Below, piece after piece: positions 1 to 13,573 of a stretch of 64,000 nucleotides of DNA. Position 1 is the first letter of the stretch, and every line of letters starts with the position of its first letter. Under the pieces are notes generated by a model. The model did not search any database and was not told where the DNA came from. It saw only the letters and a list, made by a program, of their open reading frames with translations. Origin of the DNA: Eledone cirrhosa (Eukaryota); NCBI GenBank assembly GCA_964016885.1, contig OZ024741.1:121954001-122018000 (forward strand), written 5' to 3'. Made by a program: the position numbers and the translations under genes.

Positions 1-507
1 TGCGCGGCAAGTTTTCTTCTGTCTGGTACCTATGGTGAAGGGAGCTGTATGGGGGACTCGTCTAAAAGGATTGAGGACCGGAATCTTCATCTCCTGCCAT
101 GCCATCATCAACTTCTTCAAGTTCCATTTAAAGAGGTATGTGAGGACTGAAGAGGAGGTGCTGCCTTCTAGTGTTATTTATGAAAGTTCGCTGAGAGTGA
201 CGTGATTTATGAGGCTGAGCAGGTCAAATCTGACTATTTTTTCTAAGCAGGAAGAAAGAAGCGCTAAAATAACAGAGGTTTTGTGTGGTATATCTGCTTG
301 GAATTACCCTAACGTGCAGTCCCCCATTATTGGGGAACTTATCCTTGCTGACATTTGTTATAGTTTTCTATTGTTGCATATATTTATTACAATTTCTGTT
401 ATTGTTATTTCTACTGTTTTCTCTTCAGTGATGTCTGTTTCCTCTACTTGATGTAAACCACACTCTGAATGATTGGACCTTGTAGCCAATAAAAGAAATT
501 ATTATTA
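1..507 (+). mobile_element. 3' end of a decayed Tx1/L1-like LINE (ORF2 C-terminus plus 3' UTR)
   Basis: Frame from 32 reads MVKGAVWGTRLKGLRTGIFISCHAIINFFKFHLKRYVRTEEEVL, resembling Tx1-type ORF2 C-termini. A T-rich UTR follows, then AATAAA (~488) and an (ATT)n tail. Confidence 0.55.
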
Positions 508-519
508 TTTTATTTTAAA

Positions 520-915
520 GGGCCGTGGATTGGCAGTATGAGTAGAGCGTCGGACAATATGTTTTACAGCATAGAGTTACGGTCATTTATGTTCTGAGTT
601 CGAATCCCGCCGAGGTTAGCTTTGCCTTTCATCCTTACAGGGTCAATAAATAAAGCATCAGTAATGCACTGGGGACGATTTAATCGACTTTCCCCTACTC
701 CCAAATTACTGGCCTTGTGCCTATACTATAAATCATTATTAGGGTTCATCTTACGAACCTTTACGTTCTGAGTTCAAATCCTGCCGAAGTTAACTTTGCC
801 TTTCATCTTTACGGGGTCGATAAAATAAAGCACCAGTAATGTACTGGTGTCGATTTAATTGACTCTCCCCTCCCCCCAAATTATTGGCCTTGTGCCGATA
901 TAAGAAACCATCATT
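520..915 (+). mobile_element. Two tandem tRNA-derived SINE copies (family 1; the second is 5'-truncated)
   Basis: A-box-like TGGCAGTATGAG, B-box GAGTTCGAATCC, conserved body TTGCCTTTCATCCTTACRGGGTCRATAAA...ACCAGTAATG. Confidence 0.85.
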
Positions 916-1077
916 AGGGTTCATCTTTCCATTTCATCTGAGTGTCAATTTAACCGACTAACTCTTCCACCAAAAATATTTTGCCTTGGGCACTTATTAG
1001 AATAAACTATTATGAGAGGTGGAGGTAAGTTGTAATAGTAGTAATGTTAATGGTGGTGGTGGTAGAAGTGGTAGTAA

Positions 1078-1280
1078 TAATGGTTTCTGATTTAGGAACA
1101 AGCCAACAGTTTTGGTGGGAGAAGAAAGTAATTTAAATCGTCTCTAGTGCATTACTGATGCTTTATTTTATCGACACCGTATGGATGAAAAAATCTAAGC
1201 TAGCCTCGGCGGGATTTGAACTCAGAGCGTATAGGGCCATAACTATAAGTTGCAAAGCATGTTGTTCGACGCTCTACCGA
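1078..1280 (-). mobile_element. SINE family 1, diverged copy
   Basis: Reverse complement of the SINE body (ttttatcgacaccgtatggatgaaa...ggatttgaactcag). Confidence 0.8.
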
Positions 1281-1300
1281 TATGAGGTGGTTGTAATAAT

Positions 1301-1481
1301 TGTTTCTACTTTTGGCACAAGGCCAGCATTTACCCAGTGCATTACTGGTACTTTATTTTATCGACCCCGTAAGGATGATAGGCAAAGTTAACCTCGACGG
1401 GATTTGAACTCAGATCATAAAGGGACGTAACTATACTAGAAAGCATGGCATCCGACCCTCTACCGATACTGCCAATCCACC
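1301..1481 (-). mobile_element. SINE family 1, full-length with target-site duplication
   Basis: Complete SINE flanked by direct repeat gaggtggttgtaataat (1284-1300 and 1482-1498). Confidence 0.9.
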
Positions 1482-1504
1482 GAGGTGGTTGTAATAATGC
1501 TGTA

Positions 1505-1532
1505 ATAATAGTAGTAGCCATGGTGGGAGTGC

Positions 1533-1606
<74 letters not shown>

Positions 1607-1690
1607 TCAGCAGTAGTAGTAGTAGTAGTAGTAGCGGCTGGAACAGCAGCAGTTGTAGTATTAGTAGTAGCAGTAGTAGTGATAATAGAC
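1505..1690. repeat. (GTA)n trinucleotide microsatellite
   Basis: Long gtagtagta run; explains the poly-T/L/V ORFs. Confidence 0.95.
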
Positions 1691-3171
1691 ATGTCACGAA
1701 TAGTGTAGGTGTCACATTACAAATATTATTACTGCTGTCTTTTCTTGAATTGCAAGTTAAGGTGTGCCAAATGATAAAATATGACGTAAAAAAATGATTT
1801 AAAAAATGAAATGTAGTTGATGTATATATTTAAAGTGGTCTAGTAATACTGATGATTATGATGATGATGATGGCGATGATGGTAAATCCTCAGACGGTTT
1901 TCAGGATGAGTATTCGGTTGTTCTATCATCTGAACATCCAAGTCATTAAGTAACATGTAAGTAGTTGAGTGTTCCACATAATTGTGTGCCCTTTATATAA
2001 TTTCCAAGCCAATTCAGTGTAACAGAATATGCAACAAATCTGTACATATGAATTGCAGGTACAGTCCAACTAATGAACATCCACACAGTTGTCGTTTATC
2101 CAATGGCGATACCCCAGCATGGCCTCAGCCAGTCGGTTGAAACAGTTAAAACAGTAATAGATTAAAGGAGTATCCAATTACCCTAGCAAGACTTGTATCC
2201 TAATGATTGAGAATCGAACTCTTTAATCATTCGGCCATGTACAATAGCAATAATATAAAATAAGATTTCCTGTAGAAGGACGAATGATGTGAGATATCAA
2301 ATAGGATATGGAAAATAACGAACGCTAGTAAGAGGAAACAGAAATAGCAGGAAATTACGACAACATTAAATCTTTGTAAAGTTTATGAAACAATCTATAA
2401 ATATCGGAGTTGAACCAGTTTTGCAAGTTGAATCTAAAGGAATTTCCGAGTAGAAGAGTGAGTTTAGCTATTTAAAAACACACAAAAACTGTTAACTTCA
2501 CTTCCTGGTGTCAACATTTTCGTCACACTGTCCGGGTGGAAGTGAATCAGAGACCAAATCACAAACGGTGCAACAAAAATTTTGACGCCAAGAAACAAAC
2601 TATGAATATAAAGTAAATGTTGTGTGTGTTTAATGACGAAAAGGTTAAAATGAAGCTATAAATAGATTCAATGGGAGTTCAAAACATTTTTCCTTCTTTT
2701 AACCCAGTATTATTCTCGGTTATATCAATGTTCATCAACCTACTGATGGGCTTTTCCTCTTCTGCTTTTCACACACACACATTGTATAGATATTACATTT
2801 GTACGAATAAACCCGTTATTAGTTCGATATTCTTTCTAGCATTTTACTTCTTTTGTTGTTGTCGTATTGTTATTTAGTGATGTAGGAGCAGAAGAATTCT
2901 ATACAAAAGTTATATTTTTCAGAAAATGCGGACGTTCAGTATTGTTATTTTATTGCTTATACGGCGGGAAATTATGACAAAACCCACCGGTGTGATAAAA
3001 TGTATTTTAGTGAATAAAACTAATTTTTGTTGAAGGTTGGTTTTTATGTTTATTATTCATTGAGAATTAAATCGACCCCAGTGAGTACCAGTAGCGCACG
3101 GGAGGTCAATTTTATTGTCTTTCCCCTACCCCAGAATTGTTGGCTTTGTGCCTAAATCAGAGCATTATTTT

Positions 3172-3352
3172 TTGGCAGTATCGGTAGAGGGTTGGACGTC
3201 TGCTTTGACGCATAGAGTTACGGCCCTTTCCATTCTGAGTTCAAATCCCGCCGAGGTCAACTTTGCCTTTCATCCTTACGGGGTCGATAAAATAAAGTTC
3301 CAGTAATGTACTGGATAATTGCTGGCCTGGCGCCAAAAGTAGAAACAATTAT
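3172..3352 (+). mobile_element. SINE family 1
   Basis: A-box, B-box, conserved body and AGTAGAAACAATT 3' end. Confidence 0.85.
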
Positions 3353-3889
3353 TTTTTGAGAATGATACATATATCTTGTAATGTCTGCTGAAAATCACAC
3401 AATTCACATTATCGTTTACGCAATTATAATTTTGTCACGCTATTATTAATTTTATTGTAAACATGTAAAGTGTTTTCATATTTACACCTAAGCACAAGTA
3501 ATTTATTAAATGAATTGGTTGCTAAGAGTGCGTTATATTATGCAAATCAGTGCATCCGATATACTTAAGCCCTTAGTAATAGTGGGTTAATAAGCCATGT
3601 AAGCATAGACAGTTAAGAAGCGAACCCAGCCGCTGAGTATATTCCAACCATGCGATTGAAACTAGTTCAATTAAACCCTATTATCTATCCGAGGCAAATG
3701 TTTACAAGGGGGTTGCGTGGAATTTTAAACAAGTTTCTTTTCCAATAGCTTCGAGTTGACCAATGTCTTCTGAGTGAAATTTCGTAGGCGGAAATTGTGC
3801 GGAAGCTCATCTTAAACACACATGCACACACGCACACAAACACAAGCATACACACGCGTGAGCGTACGCACGCACGCACGCACATACAC

Positions 3890-3954
<65 letters not shown>

Positions 3955-4001
3955 GAAATATATGAAATATAAGAATCAAAGAACTGTTCAAAACATTATT
4001 G

Positions 4002-4048
4002 TGCTTACAGCTGTTTCCTCCAAACCGAGGTTTGGATTCTTCGGAGCA
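4002..4048 (-). ncRNA. Type I hammerhead ribozyme motif (CCGAAGA core variant)
   Basis: Minus strand: ugcu CCGAAGA a uccaaacc uc gguuugga g GAAA cagcug UA agca. Stem I ugcu/agca, palindromic stem III ACAGCUGU. Confidence 0.7.
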
Positions 4049-5491
4049 ATTTATTAATGCATGGACAGTTATATGACCTCCTTTTCAGCCGAGAGACATA
4101 CCAATACATATTCAAACATTGATACATATTCAAACATTGTGGGTCAACATTCATTACAGAATTTAGAGTGGCAGTACACACTTCGAGATTACATTTATAT
4201 TAATAGGTACAATCAAAAATCAAAGATATAGGTTAAAGTACAACATGAAGATAAGTGGTTATATAGTGCAAATGTTATATGTGTGGCACGCATGTGCGTC
4301 TTGTTTATATAGTGTGGCAGAGAGATATGTGTGGTAGAGGCACTTAGGTAGGTAAATAAGAGTGTTAGGTTGGTAGATCTGGTGGCAAAGTCTTTATATG
4401 ATTGATATAGTCTGTGTGTGGAGAAATATTATAAGCATTAAAGATAGTGCAAGCATTAAAAGTGTTATAAGTATTGGAGATGCACAGCGCAGGGATGTCA
4501 AGTAATTCATGTACTTCGGCATTTTCATGGTCAAGGGAGTGTATATTTCGATTATATGCCTTTCACATAATCCACGACAATCCAGTTAGAGATCGTAGTC
4601 TGGTGTTCTTTAGTTCGATACAGGAGGTTGTTACGTTTCGAGAAACGCCATTGAATACCGGAAGTGTGTGTGTGGCTAAGGGGAGTTAATGCATGCGGGG
4701 AGGTAACTCTGGGGTTTCCATATCTAGCCATTAAAATGTGTCCCAATATAGACCCTAAATTCTATGGTGAGGTGCACCTTCCAAGAGAGACTTTTAAAGC
4801 ATAAAGTGTACTAACTATAGAGTAGTTTAACTAGATTATGCTGAAGGTGATCATATTATTATTAAGGTGGATTAACCCATCTTAAGGTGCTACAAATGGA
4901 AATTATAGATGATGAGCGAGGATTCTAAATTAATGATCTCTGTGGTTGTAGTCTGCTCATATGACCAGGCGCGGTGATTGCAGGATTGCTTCAGGACCCA
5001 ATGATCTCTGGTAAGATCTGGGTCATCGCTTGCTACATTGGATGTCGAAAGATAATTGTCCCCAGGCAGGCCAAAGGTCAATCCGCAGTCCTCGCGACCC
5101 CTCTCTGACCGTCAGATCATCCATATATGTACAACCCGCACGGCAGTTGCATTGCATTCACTCACTGCGCTCAGCAGCCCGGTCCTACTGGTCAACAGCG
5201 CTACTCGATTAAATCATTTTACATCTGTCTAAGGAAGGTGTTTCCTCTGCCCAACACCATCCAACCGATCAATTCATGCTCAAATTACCCCTAGAGCGGT
5301 GTAGTGCCGTCCAAGTGGGTGGATGTTGTCACACCTGCCGTAGAGGTATAAATGGGTATTTTCCCTGCGAAGGGTTCCAGAGGAATGTCGTTGTTTGTGT
5401 TATAATGGATCAGCTAGTGTTGGGTATGTAGTATAGGGTGTGTCTCTGGTGTTTGATGCTAGATGTGGTGTTAGGTTCCAGTCCGACATTG

Positions 5492-6472
5492 CTATATATA
5501 GGGCTTAAAGTTTTGGAAGGAATGTCTGAGGCGGTGCTGGCAAGTTGCAAACACCTCAGATTTTTTGTTAAGTAGGTTACGGTTGGAGAAGATAATATTG
5601 TGTGTCTCTAGTATACAGAGGTTACAGAATTTATTAGGTGGTTTGTACGAGGTCGCGCTGCCTATCACTTCCCATTTGAGTGTGTATGGTTTATTTTTAG
5701 ATTTTAGATAGTGTATGTAGCTAGAAAGTGAGGTGGAGTTGGCTAGGCTGTGCTTTTTGAACGAGTGGATGTGCGAGTTATATCTGATTTTGAAGCAGTT
5801 AGAAGTGGAGCCTACATAGGTTTCTGAAGAGTTATTAGTCGTGACTGTGCATGAGTATATGACATCCTTGGTTAGGCATTTTTTATCTAAAGGGCAGGTT
5901 CTATTAGCTCTACAGTTACAATTATTCTGTGCGTTAGTCCGCTGGTTATAATGCAATGCGGAAGTCTGTGTGGTGGATATAGGATTTTGGGTGTTCGGGT
6001 TGACAACCCTGGTGTTATTACTTATACTAGTGTTATTTCTATTGTTACTGCCGTTGCTATTGTTGCTTGCTACAGTGGTATTTAGAGGGTTTGCATCCCG
6101 TTGTGATTTTGTTTGTTGGAAGTAAGAACTAATTTTACTATTATTGATGCTAGCTATGTGGTATGCTAAGTTAGGCGTCGTACAGTATGAGATTTTAATG
6201 GTGTTTTTGTTTAAGAGGTTGTGGTACTTGTGTCCTAGAGGGAAGTTTTTATCTAGTAGTGAGAAGAAAGCCCTAGGTATGTTGGTGGAGACATTTAGGT
6301 TGAAAGGAGGGTTGAAAAATGTATTATTTCTTCTTCTATTTTTGCTTTTAGTGTTTGGTGTGTTGCTTCCTCCTAAGGCCTCACAGTAGTTTCCATGGTA
6401 ATGGTTACTTCCGGTGGCACCCTCCGCTTTGGTGTACTTGTGGTTGCTATTCCTATTATTAGATTTCCTCAT
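5492..6472 (-). pseudogene. PLE ORF C-terminal part (linker plus GIY-YIG endonuclease)
   Basis: ORF 5492..6676. Only the portion from about MRKSNN onward is PLE-like; the N-terminal ~68 aa read through unrelated inverted DNA. Confidence 0.85.
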
Positions 6473-6590
6473 TAGATTTCCTGAATGAATGACATCTGAT
6501 GATTGGTAGACAATTGAAGTCTGCTTGAAACGCAGAAACTTCAATCGGAAATCGTCTATGTCATCTCCTAGATAGTTGTCCGTGTAGTGA

Positions 6591-6971
6591 GAGCCCTCAC
6601 TACGCGGACAACTATCTAGGAGACGACCTACAGAACACATCACGCTGGCCAACTGCCCCATCAATAACACAAACATATGCCATCACGCATACGTCGTTTA
6701 CAGAGTCCAATGCGACAGCTTCTATATAGGTAGCACCACCAGACACCTACACATCAGGATTAAGGAACACATTAACACTAACGCTTCCTCATTCAAGAAA
6801 CACTTAGAGAAATGCAAAAACACCACCAAAAAAAAAAAATAAATAACAGTTATGGTTGAAAGAAAGGAAAAAAAGCTCGGAAATCTCAGAATTAAGGAAG
6901 CATTAATTATAGTCAGAACACACCTGCAAATCAATAATAGAGTAGAACTACGCACACAATACCTAACATAG
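6591..6971 (+). pseudogene. GIY-YIG fragment of a different PLE family (not in ORF track)
   Basis: Manual translation from 6591: EPSLRGQLSRRRPTEHITLANCPINNTNICHHAYVVYRVQCDSFYIGSTTRHLHIRIKEH; after the A-run, LRIKEALII...INNRVEL. Confidence 0.8.
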
Positions 6972-7671
6972 GCACACAACACCGAACTTAGGAGGCTACT
7001 GGACTCTACAGGTAAGGGCATACATAGGCCCGCTTACGACCACATTATCCATCTTGGAGAAATCATGTATATGCATTCATGTGTTTATACAATTCTACCC
7101 ATGCGTGTTTACGTATTTGCGTGCATGCTCACACACACACATGAACATATACACGTGTGTGCCAACGTGTATTAATATACATGCGTCTAAGCCGATTTAA
7201 ATGGAAACAACTCTGTGCTCCTTGACCTGTCCAGACCTTAATTTTAACACAAAAGAGGTTAGAAAAAATAAAATCACTTCCGGACAGCATGGTATAGCAA
7301 GCCACATCGGACACTGGAGTAGTTCCTTTATTTTCCTCGGAAGAAGAGATATTAATCTCGAAATATCAGGGCATATGAATACGATTTAATTATTCTCGGT
7401 CTAAACCAGTATTGTCGTGGCTTTCAAACTTCGAATTATATATATATATATATACATAATGTTTAATATAGAAATGGCTTCAACAAGACTAGAACTGTTT
7501 CATTCAACAGAAATCATCAAGGCTTTCCTATGATTTCTTTTGAATGAAACAGTTCTAGTTCTGTAGGAGCTACTTCTATATTAAGCATGACGTTTACACT
7601 CAACAAATGTATTGAGTACCTTACTCACTGTGGTTACCCCACGATTCAACCCAGGACATGCATACACAAAT

Positions 7672-7930
<259 letters not shown>

Positions 7931-7940
7931 TATATATATA

Positions 7941-8125
7941 GGGCGGTGAATTGGCAATATCGGTAGAGGGTCGGACGCCATGCTTTCCAGCATAGTTACG
8001 TCCCTTTACGATCTGAGTTCAAATCCTGCCGAGGTTGACTTTGCCTTTCATCCTTACGGGGTCGATAAAATAAAGTACCAGTAATGCACTGGTAATTGCT
8101 GGCCTTGTGCCTAAAGTAGAAACAG

Positions 8126-8128
<3 letters not shown>
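7941..8128 (+). mobile_element. SINE family 1, full-length, between TA tracts
   Basis: gggcggtgaattggcaatatcggtagag...gagttcaaatcc...aaagtagaaacagtta. Confidence 0.9.
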
Positions 8129-8170
<42 letters not shown>

Positions 8171-8174
<4 letters not shown>

Positions 8175-8337
8175 AACGAGTAGGACCCCGACGGCTGAGC
8201 TCAAGCCGTTTCAACGGGTAATTCTGAGCTTAGTTGTCGGGGTCTTACTCGTTCCTATTACCCACTCTACTACCCTAAGTATTGAGTACTTTGGTGCGGC
8301 GTTATGGTCCACTTGGTTCCTTACCACATTTCCTTCG

Positions 8338-8340
<3 letters not shown>
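8171..8340. mobile_element. Head-to-head pair of PLE 3' ends (same family as 61941-62048)
   Basis: Inverted short arm 8171-8212 plus forward arm ending ccttcgtta(TA)n. Confidence 0.8.
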
Positions 8341-8380
<40 letters not shown>

Positions 8381-8573
8381 AATGTGTGTATGACTGTGTG
8401 TCCATTGCTCTTATACCGATCAGTGAGTCAGTGGTAATACAAGTTTATTATTATTTTTATTCGCATTATTTTTTTTTTACAATCCTACATTTTTTGTTAC
8501 CAGGAGGGAATAAAACCTAATAAATAACGAAAAAAAAAAAAAAAAAAAAATAATATATTCAAGTTGTGGACCG

Positions 8574-8616
<43 letters not shown>

Positions 8617-8799
8617 ATATATTTGTTAGAATGTGTATATAACAGACAATCGTGTGGCTAGTGGTGGCAGAGGGGCCTCGGTTGTTTATGAGTTACTATG
8701 GTAACAGCTTGTCAATAAGCTTCATATTGAATCCGGGTAGGGGAGATGGTAGAGGAGGAGAACATAGTGAAAGTATTGGTAGATGTTAAGTTGTGTTTG

Positions 8800-8800
8800 T

Positions 8801-8855
<55 letters not shown>

Positions 8856-8902
8856 GTATATGTCTCTCTCTCTCTATATATATATATATACATATATATA
8901 TG

Positions 8903-8941
<39 letters not shown>

Positions 8942-9374
8942 TTATGAGTGTAACGTGTTATTTAGTTACTTTCCTGCTACACACACACACATATATACAC
9001 ACACACACACACACACATACACACACACACATACACATACATATATATATATATATGTATATGTCTCGCTCTCTCTCTCTATATATATATACATATATAT
9101 ATATATATGTATATATATGTGTGTGTGTGTGTGTTTATGAGTGTAACGTGTTATTTAGTTACTTTCCTGCTACACACACACACACACACATACACACACA
9201 CATACACACACACATACACATACATATATATATATATATGTATATGTATTGCTCTCTCTCTATATATATATATACATATATATATATATGTATATATATG
9301 TGTGTGTGTGTGTGTGTTGATGAGTGTAACGTGTTATTTAGTTAATTTCCTGCTACACACACACACATATATAT

Positions 9375-9408
<34 letters not shown>

Positions 9409-9546
9409 GTATATGTATCTCTTTCTCTCTCTCTATATATATATACACATATATATACATAATATATATGTATATATATGTGTGTGTGTGTGTGTGTTTA
9501 TGAGTGTAACGTGTTATTTAGTTACTTTCCTGCTACACACACACAC

Positions 9547-9587
<41 letters not shown>

Positions 9588-9623
9588 CACACACACACAC
9601 ACATATATATATATATGTATATG

Positions 9624-9655
<32 letters not shown>

Positions 9656-9960
9656 CACATATATATACATAATATATATGTATATATATGTGTGTGTGTG
9701 TGTGTGTTTATGAGTGTAACGTGTTATTTAGTTACTTTCCTGTTACACACACACACACATATATACACACACACACATACACACATATATATATACACAC
9801 ACACACACACATATATATATATATGTCTCTCTCTCTCTCTATATATATATATACACATATATATACATAATATATATTTATATATATGTGTGTGTGTGTG
9901 TGTGTTTATGAGTGTAACGTGTTATTTAGTTACTTTCCTGCTACACACACATATACATAT

Positions 9961-9991
<31 letters not shown>

Positions 9992-9992
9992 T
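8800..9992. repeat. Composite minisatellite, 6 units of ~180-210 bp
   Basis: Conserved ~40-nt block ttatgagtgtaacgtgttatttagttactttcctgctaca near 8942, 9135, 9319, 9498, 9708 and 9905, separated by (CA)(TA)(CT)(TA)(GT) microsatellites. Confidence 0.9.
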
Positions 9993-11059
9993 ATGTGGAA
10001 AGGCTCTCCGATTGCAAGCCAAAACCACTAGTCTTTGTGATCGGGTTTATACCTGTTTTTCTACCCATTCTGCTTTTTACCATACATAGTGTACTGCCCT
10101 GATTTGTGGTCTCCCCGGTCTCCACACCGCAGGCTTGTATGTATATAACTGAATATTGATTCCTCTTGATTAAGTAAAAGGTCGAATTTGAAAATATGAG
10201 TGTTCACATGACTGAATTGATTACTGGTTCCTAAATATTTCACTACTACAGGGGCGGTGGAACTGTTGGGGTTCGGCATGGCCTCCACAATAATTATATT
10301 TTCTCCCCAAACTACCGAAACACACATCTATTTGTATTTGCACAATTTATGTACATGTTATGTTTATCACATATCGAAGTTTTTTTTTTTATATCTTGGT
10401 TGATATTTAATAATAACAGCTAAACTAGTCATTACAACTAAATTGACCAAATTTGCCCCCTCCCCAAATTCAGAAATGCTTCCTCCCTCCTTGTATTAGG
10501 GGTCCCTACGGATTCCCCAGCTGCAGCCACTTTCATCCCAGATAGTTATACAATGAGAATAACAATACAAAGAGAAGCGTTTATACTTACAGAAAAATAG
10601 AAACCGAATAGTATTATGTTTATATATAAAGAAATTGGAATTGTTATACAGTGAGAATAACAATTGAAAGAGAATTGTTTATACTTAGAGAAGAATTGAT
10701 ACCCAATTGTGTGTGTATATTATACCATTAATGAAGAACTGGAACTTTCAAACTCATCTTGCGGACTCCCAGTCGTTGGAAGTGCTAGATATAACACCAA
10801 TTGCTGGCTCAAATTGCGCCTAACTATATTTAAGAATGTCTGGAAATATATCATGTCATGACTGAAATATATTTCAACATAGGTCTAGTTGGACAGGACA
10901 GAAATGTGGGTTGTTAAAAAACCACAGTAGCAATGAATCACAAAGTACCACAAGGTGCCATTGGGTATGATTAAGAACAACAAAGTACCACAGATTACCA
11001 CAATCTAGCATTAATACGACTAAACATAGATAAGCACGACAAATATCTTTAACTATCAC

Positions 11060-11460
11060 GAAGAATTAGTACTTAAAGTACTACTGTCATTCTGCCATTC
11101 TGTACCATTTAGTATCATTAACACCATTTAGTACCATTTGGTACTATTTAGTACCATTTTAGTACCATATTGTAACATTTTGTACAAGTTTATACAACTC
11201 AGTACAGCAAAGTACAATATGTAGCTGTATATACTACGAAGTACCACGAAATACCACGATACACCATTATGTATAATAAAACACATAAAGTACTACCATC
11301 TACCACTATGTGCTAGTATGTACTAATACACACTAATATGTACAATCAAGCCCCGTAGCTGTATGCACTATTATGTACGTCTAAGGACCAGTATGCTTAA
11401 CAAAGTACCAGAAATACCATTAAGTACCGTTATGTAACATTATAAGTCCCTATATGCCGC
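11060..11460. repeat. Degenerate short-period tandem repeat (agtaccatt-like)
   Basis: Recurrent gtacc/agtac motifs at ~11-nt spacing. Confidence 0.55.
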
Positions 11461-11467
11461 AAAGTGT

Positions 11468-11612
11468 GAAGGCGCATGGCTTAGCGGTTAGAGCATTGGG
11501 CTTGCAATCGAAAGATTGTGAGTTCAATTCTCGGACCGGGTGACGTGTTGATTACTTGAGCAAGACACTTTATTTCACGTTGCTCCAGTTTACTCAGCTG
11601 TAGAAATGAGAT
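11468..11612 (+). mobile_element. tRNA-derived SINE family 2
   Basis: ggcgcatggcttagcggttagagc (A box), gagttcaattctc (B box), cttgagcaagacacttt...ctcagctgtagaaatgag body. Related copies at ~33190-33305 (-) and ~53905-54120 (+). Confidence 0.75.
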
Positions 11613-12187
11613 GATAGGATTGGGGTCCCTATCATTAAATCACCCAATACACCTCCATAGACCTACATAGGTGTGAACTGTCACACACATACACACACAC
11701 ACACACACAAAGTACCACTATGTACTACTATATATTATTAAATACGAAGAAAGTATTATAATGTACGATTACATACAATAATTATGTCTGCTTGATTCGA
11801 TGTGAATTAAGGCTATAAAACAACACTAACATTATACCAACGATCTCATAAGAGGACCACAATACTGTCGTAGAAATGCCAATCAAATATAGCAGCCAAA
11901 TCTACCTCAAAATCACACCAACATCATCATTGAAAAATGCCACAAGTATTGATCATGTATCAGCTTGAAGAGAGCTGGCCTATGGTTAAACAGCATGAAC
12001 AACAAGTAAAACAACAATTACGTGCCAGTACGTAGCATTAAATACTAATATATATAGCACAATAGTAAAAACACAGGTGTGACCACATTGAAGTGTGAGA
12101 GAAGAATGAAATAACTGGGAAACTATGAAAATTGAAGTATGGGGCGTAGTTCGTACATCCACAGCCACCTACCCACCTACCCACGCA

Positions 12188-12234
<47 letters not shown>

Positions 12235-12288
12235 GTTTGTGTGGGTAGGTGGATGTGGATGTACGAACTACGCCCCATACTTCAATTT

Positions 12289-12321
<33 letters not shown>

Positions 12322-12372
12322 TATATAAATATATAAGATACACACACACACACATACACACACATATATATA

Positions 12373-12446
<74 letters not shown>

Positions 12447-12541
12447 CATACATACATACACTTATATATCTATATCTATATCTTTACATCTATATATATC
12501 CCTCTCTCTCTTACTTTCTCACCCCCCCCCTCTCTCTCTCT

Positions 12542-12584
<43 letters not shown>

Positions 12585-12926
12585 TACACACGTACACATT
12601 CACAACCCCTGGCCGAAACGGAGAATGAAGAGAGATAATATGCAAATAAGATGGAACGTGCCTCTGTGAATCGTGTTGCACAGTGTGTGTGGGGGAATAG
12701 AAAGATAGATATATAAACAGAGAGAAAGGGAGACTGCCTGTATGATGTGTATGTATGATAGATATGAAGTAGAATATGACAAGCGAAATAGAGCGAGAAG
12801 GGGGGGGGGAGATTGAAAATAAGGTAAACCGAAACGGAAAGGAGATGGGGGGGGGGGGGGGGTGTATCGCAACAACCCGTTACGTGTGTCTGTGTGTGTA
12901 CATATGTATATATATATAGGTATTTA

Positions 12927-12974
<48 letters not shown>

Positions 12975-13015
12975 GACACAGATACACCCCCACACACACC
13001 CACACACACACACAC

Positions 13016-13063
<48 letters not shown>

Positions 13064-13287
13064 TCACACACACACATATATATATGTGTGTGACCATATA
13101 TATGTATATATATATATGTGTGTATATATATATATGTGTATATACATATATATGTGTGTGTGTGAGCATATATATGTATATATATATATATGTAAATGTG
13201 TATATATTTATATCTGCATATATGTATATATATATATATATATATATGTGCAGGTATAAATATATACACATTTACATACATATATAT

Positions 13288-13336
<49 letters not shown>

Positions 13337-13350
13337 GAAAAATTGAACAG

Positions 13351-13401
<51 letters not shown>

Positions 13402-13481
13402 TGTATAGCACAGTAATAGTTGTGCATTGATATGTTTTTATGCGTAGAAAAGGAAGTGATAACTAGAGAGAGAGAGAGAGA

Positions 13482-13573
<92 letters not shown>

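Larger units (their letters stand above)
3947..6480 (-). mobile_element. 5'-truncated Penelope-like element: GIY-YIG region, ~1.5 kb 3' UTR, terminal hammerhead, ending in (TA)n
   Basis: Protein motifs FFNPP, CNC...CPL...C, VIYSC...YVGST, CNLC. Hammerhead at 4002-4048, then junction to a (TA)n tract at ~3947. Assignment of the whole UTR to this element is inferred by analogy with 59499-62048. Confidence 0.75.

Noticed and set aside
2500-2597. Imperfect 19-bp terminal inverted repeats (possible MITE)
   Set aside because: Single occurrence with 3 mismatches and no TSD; insufficient support.
6473-6676. N-terminal extension of ORF 5492..6676
   Set aside because: It reads across the junction into the antisense of another element, so it is not part of the PLE protein.
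7941-8030. tRNA gene
   Set aside because: A and B boxes are present but over-spaced, there is no cloverleaf, and the sequence is fused to the SINE body in many copies.
8940-9945. CRISPR-like pattern of constant repeat plus spacers
   Set aside because: The spacers are homologous microsatellite blocks of ~150 bp, the context is eukaryotic, and there are no cas genes.
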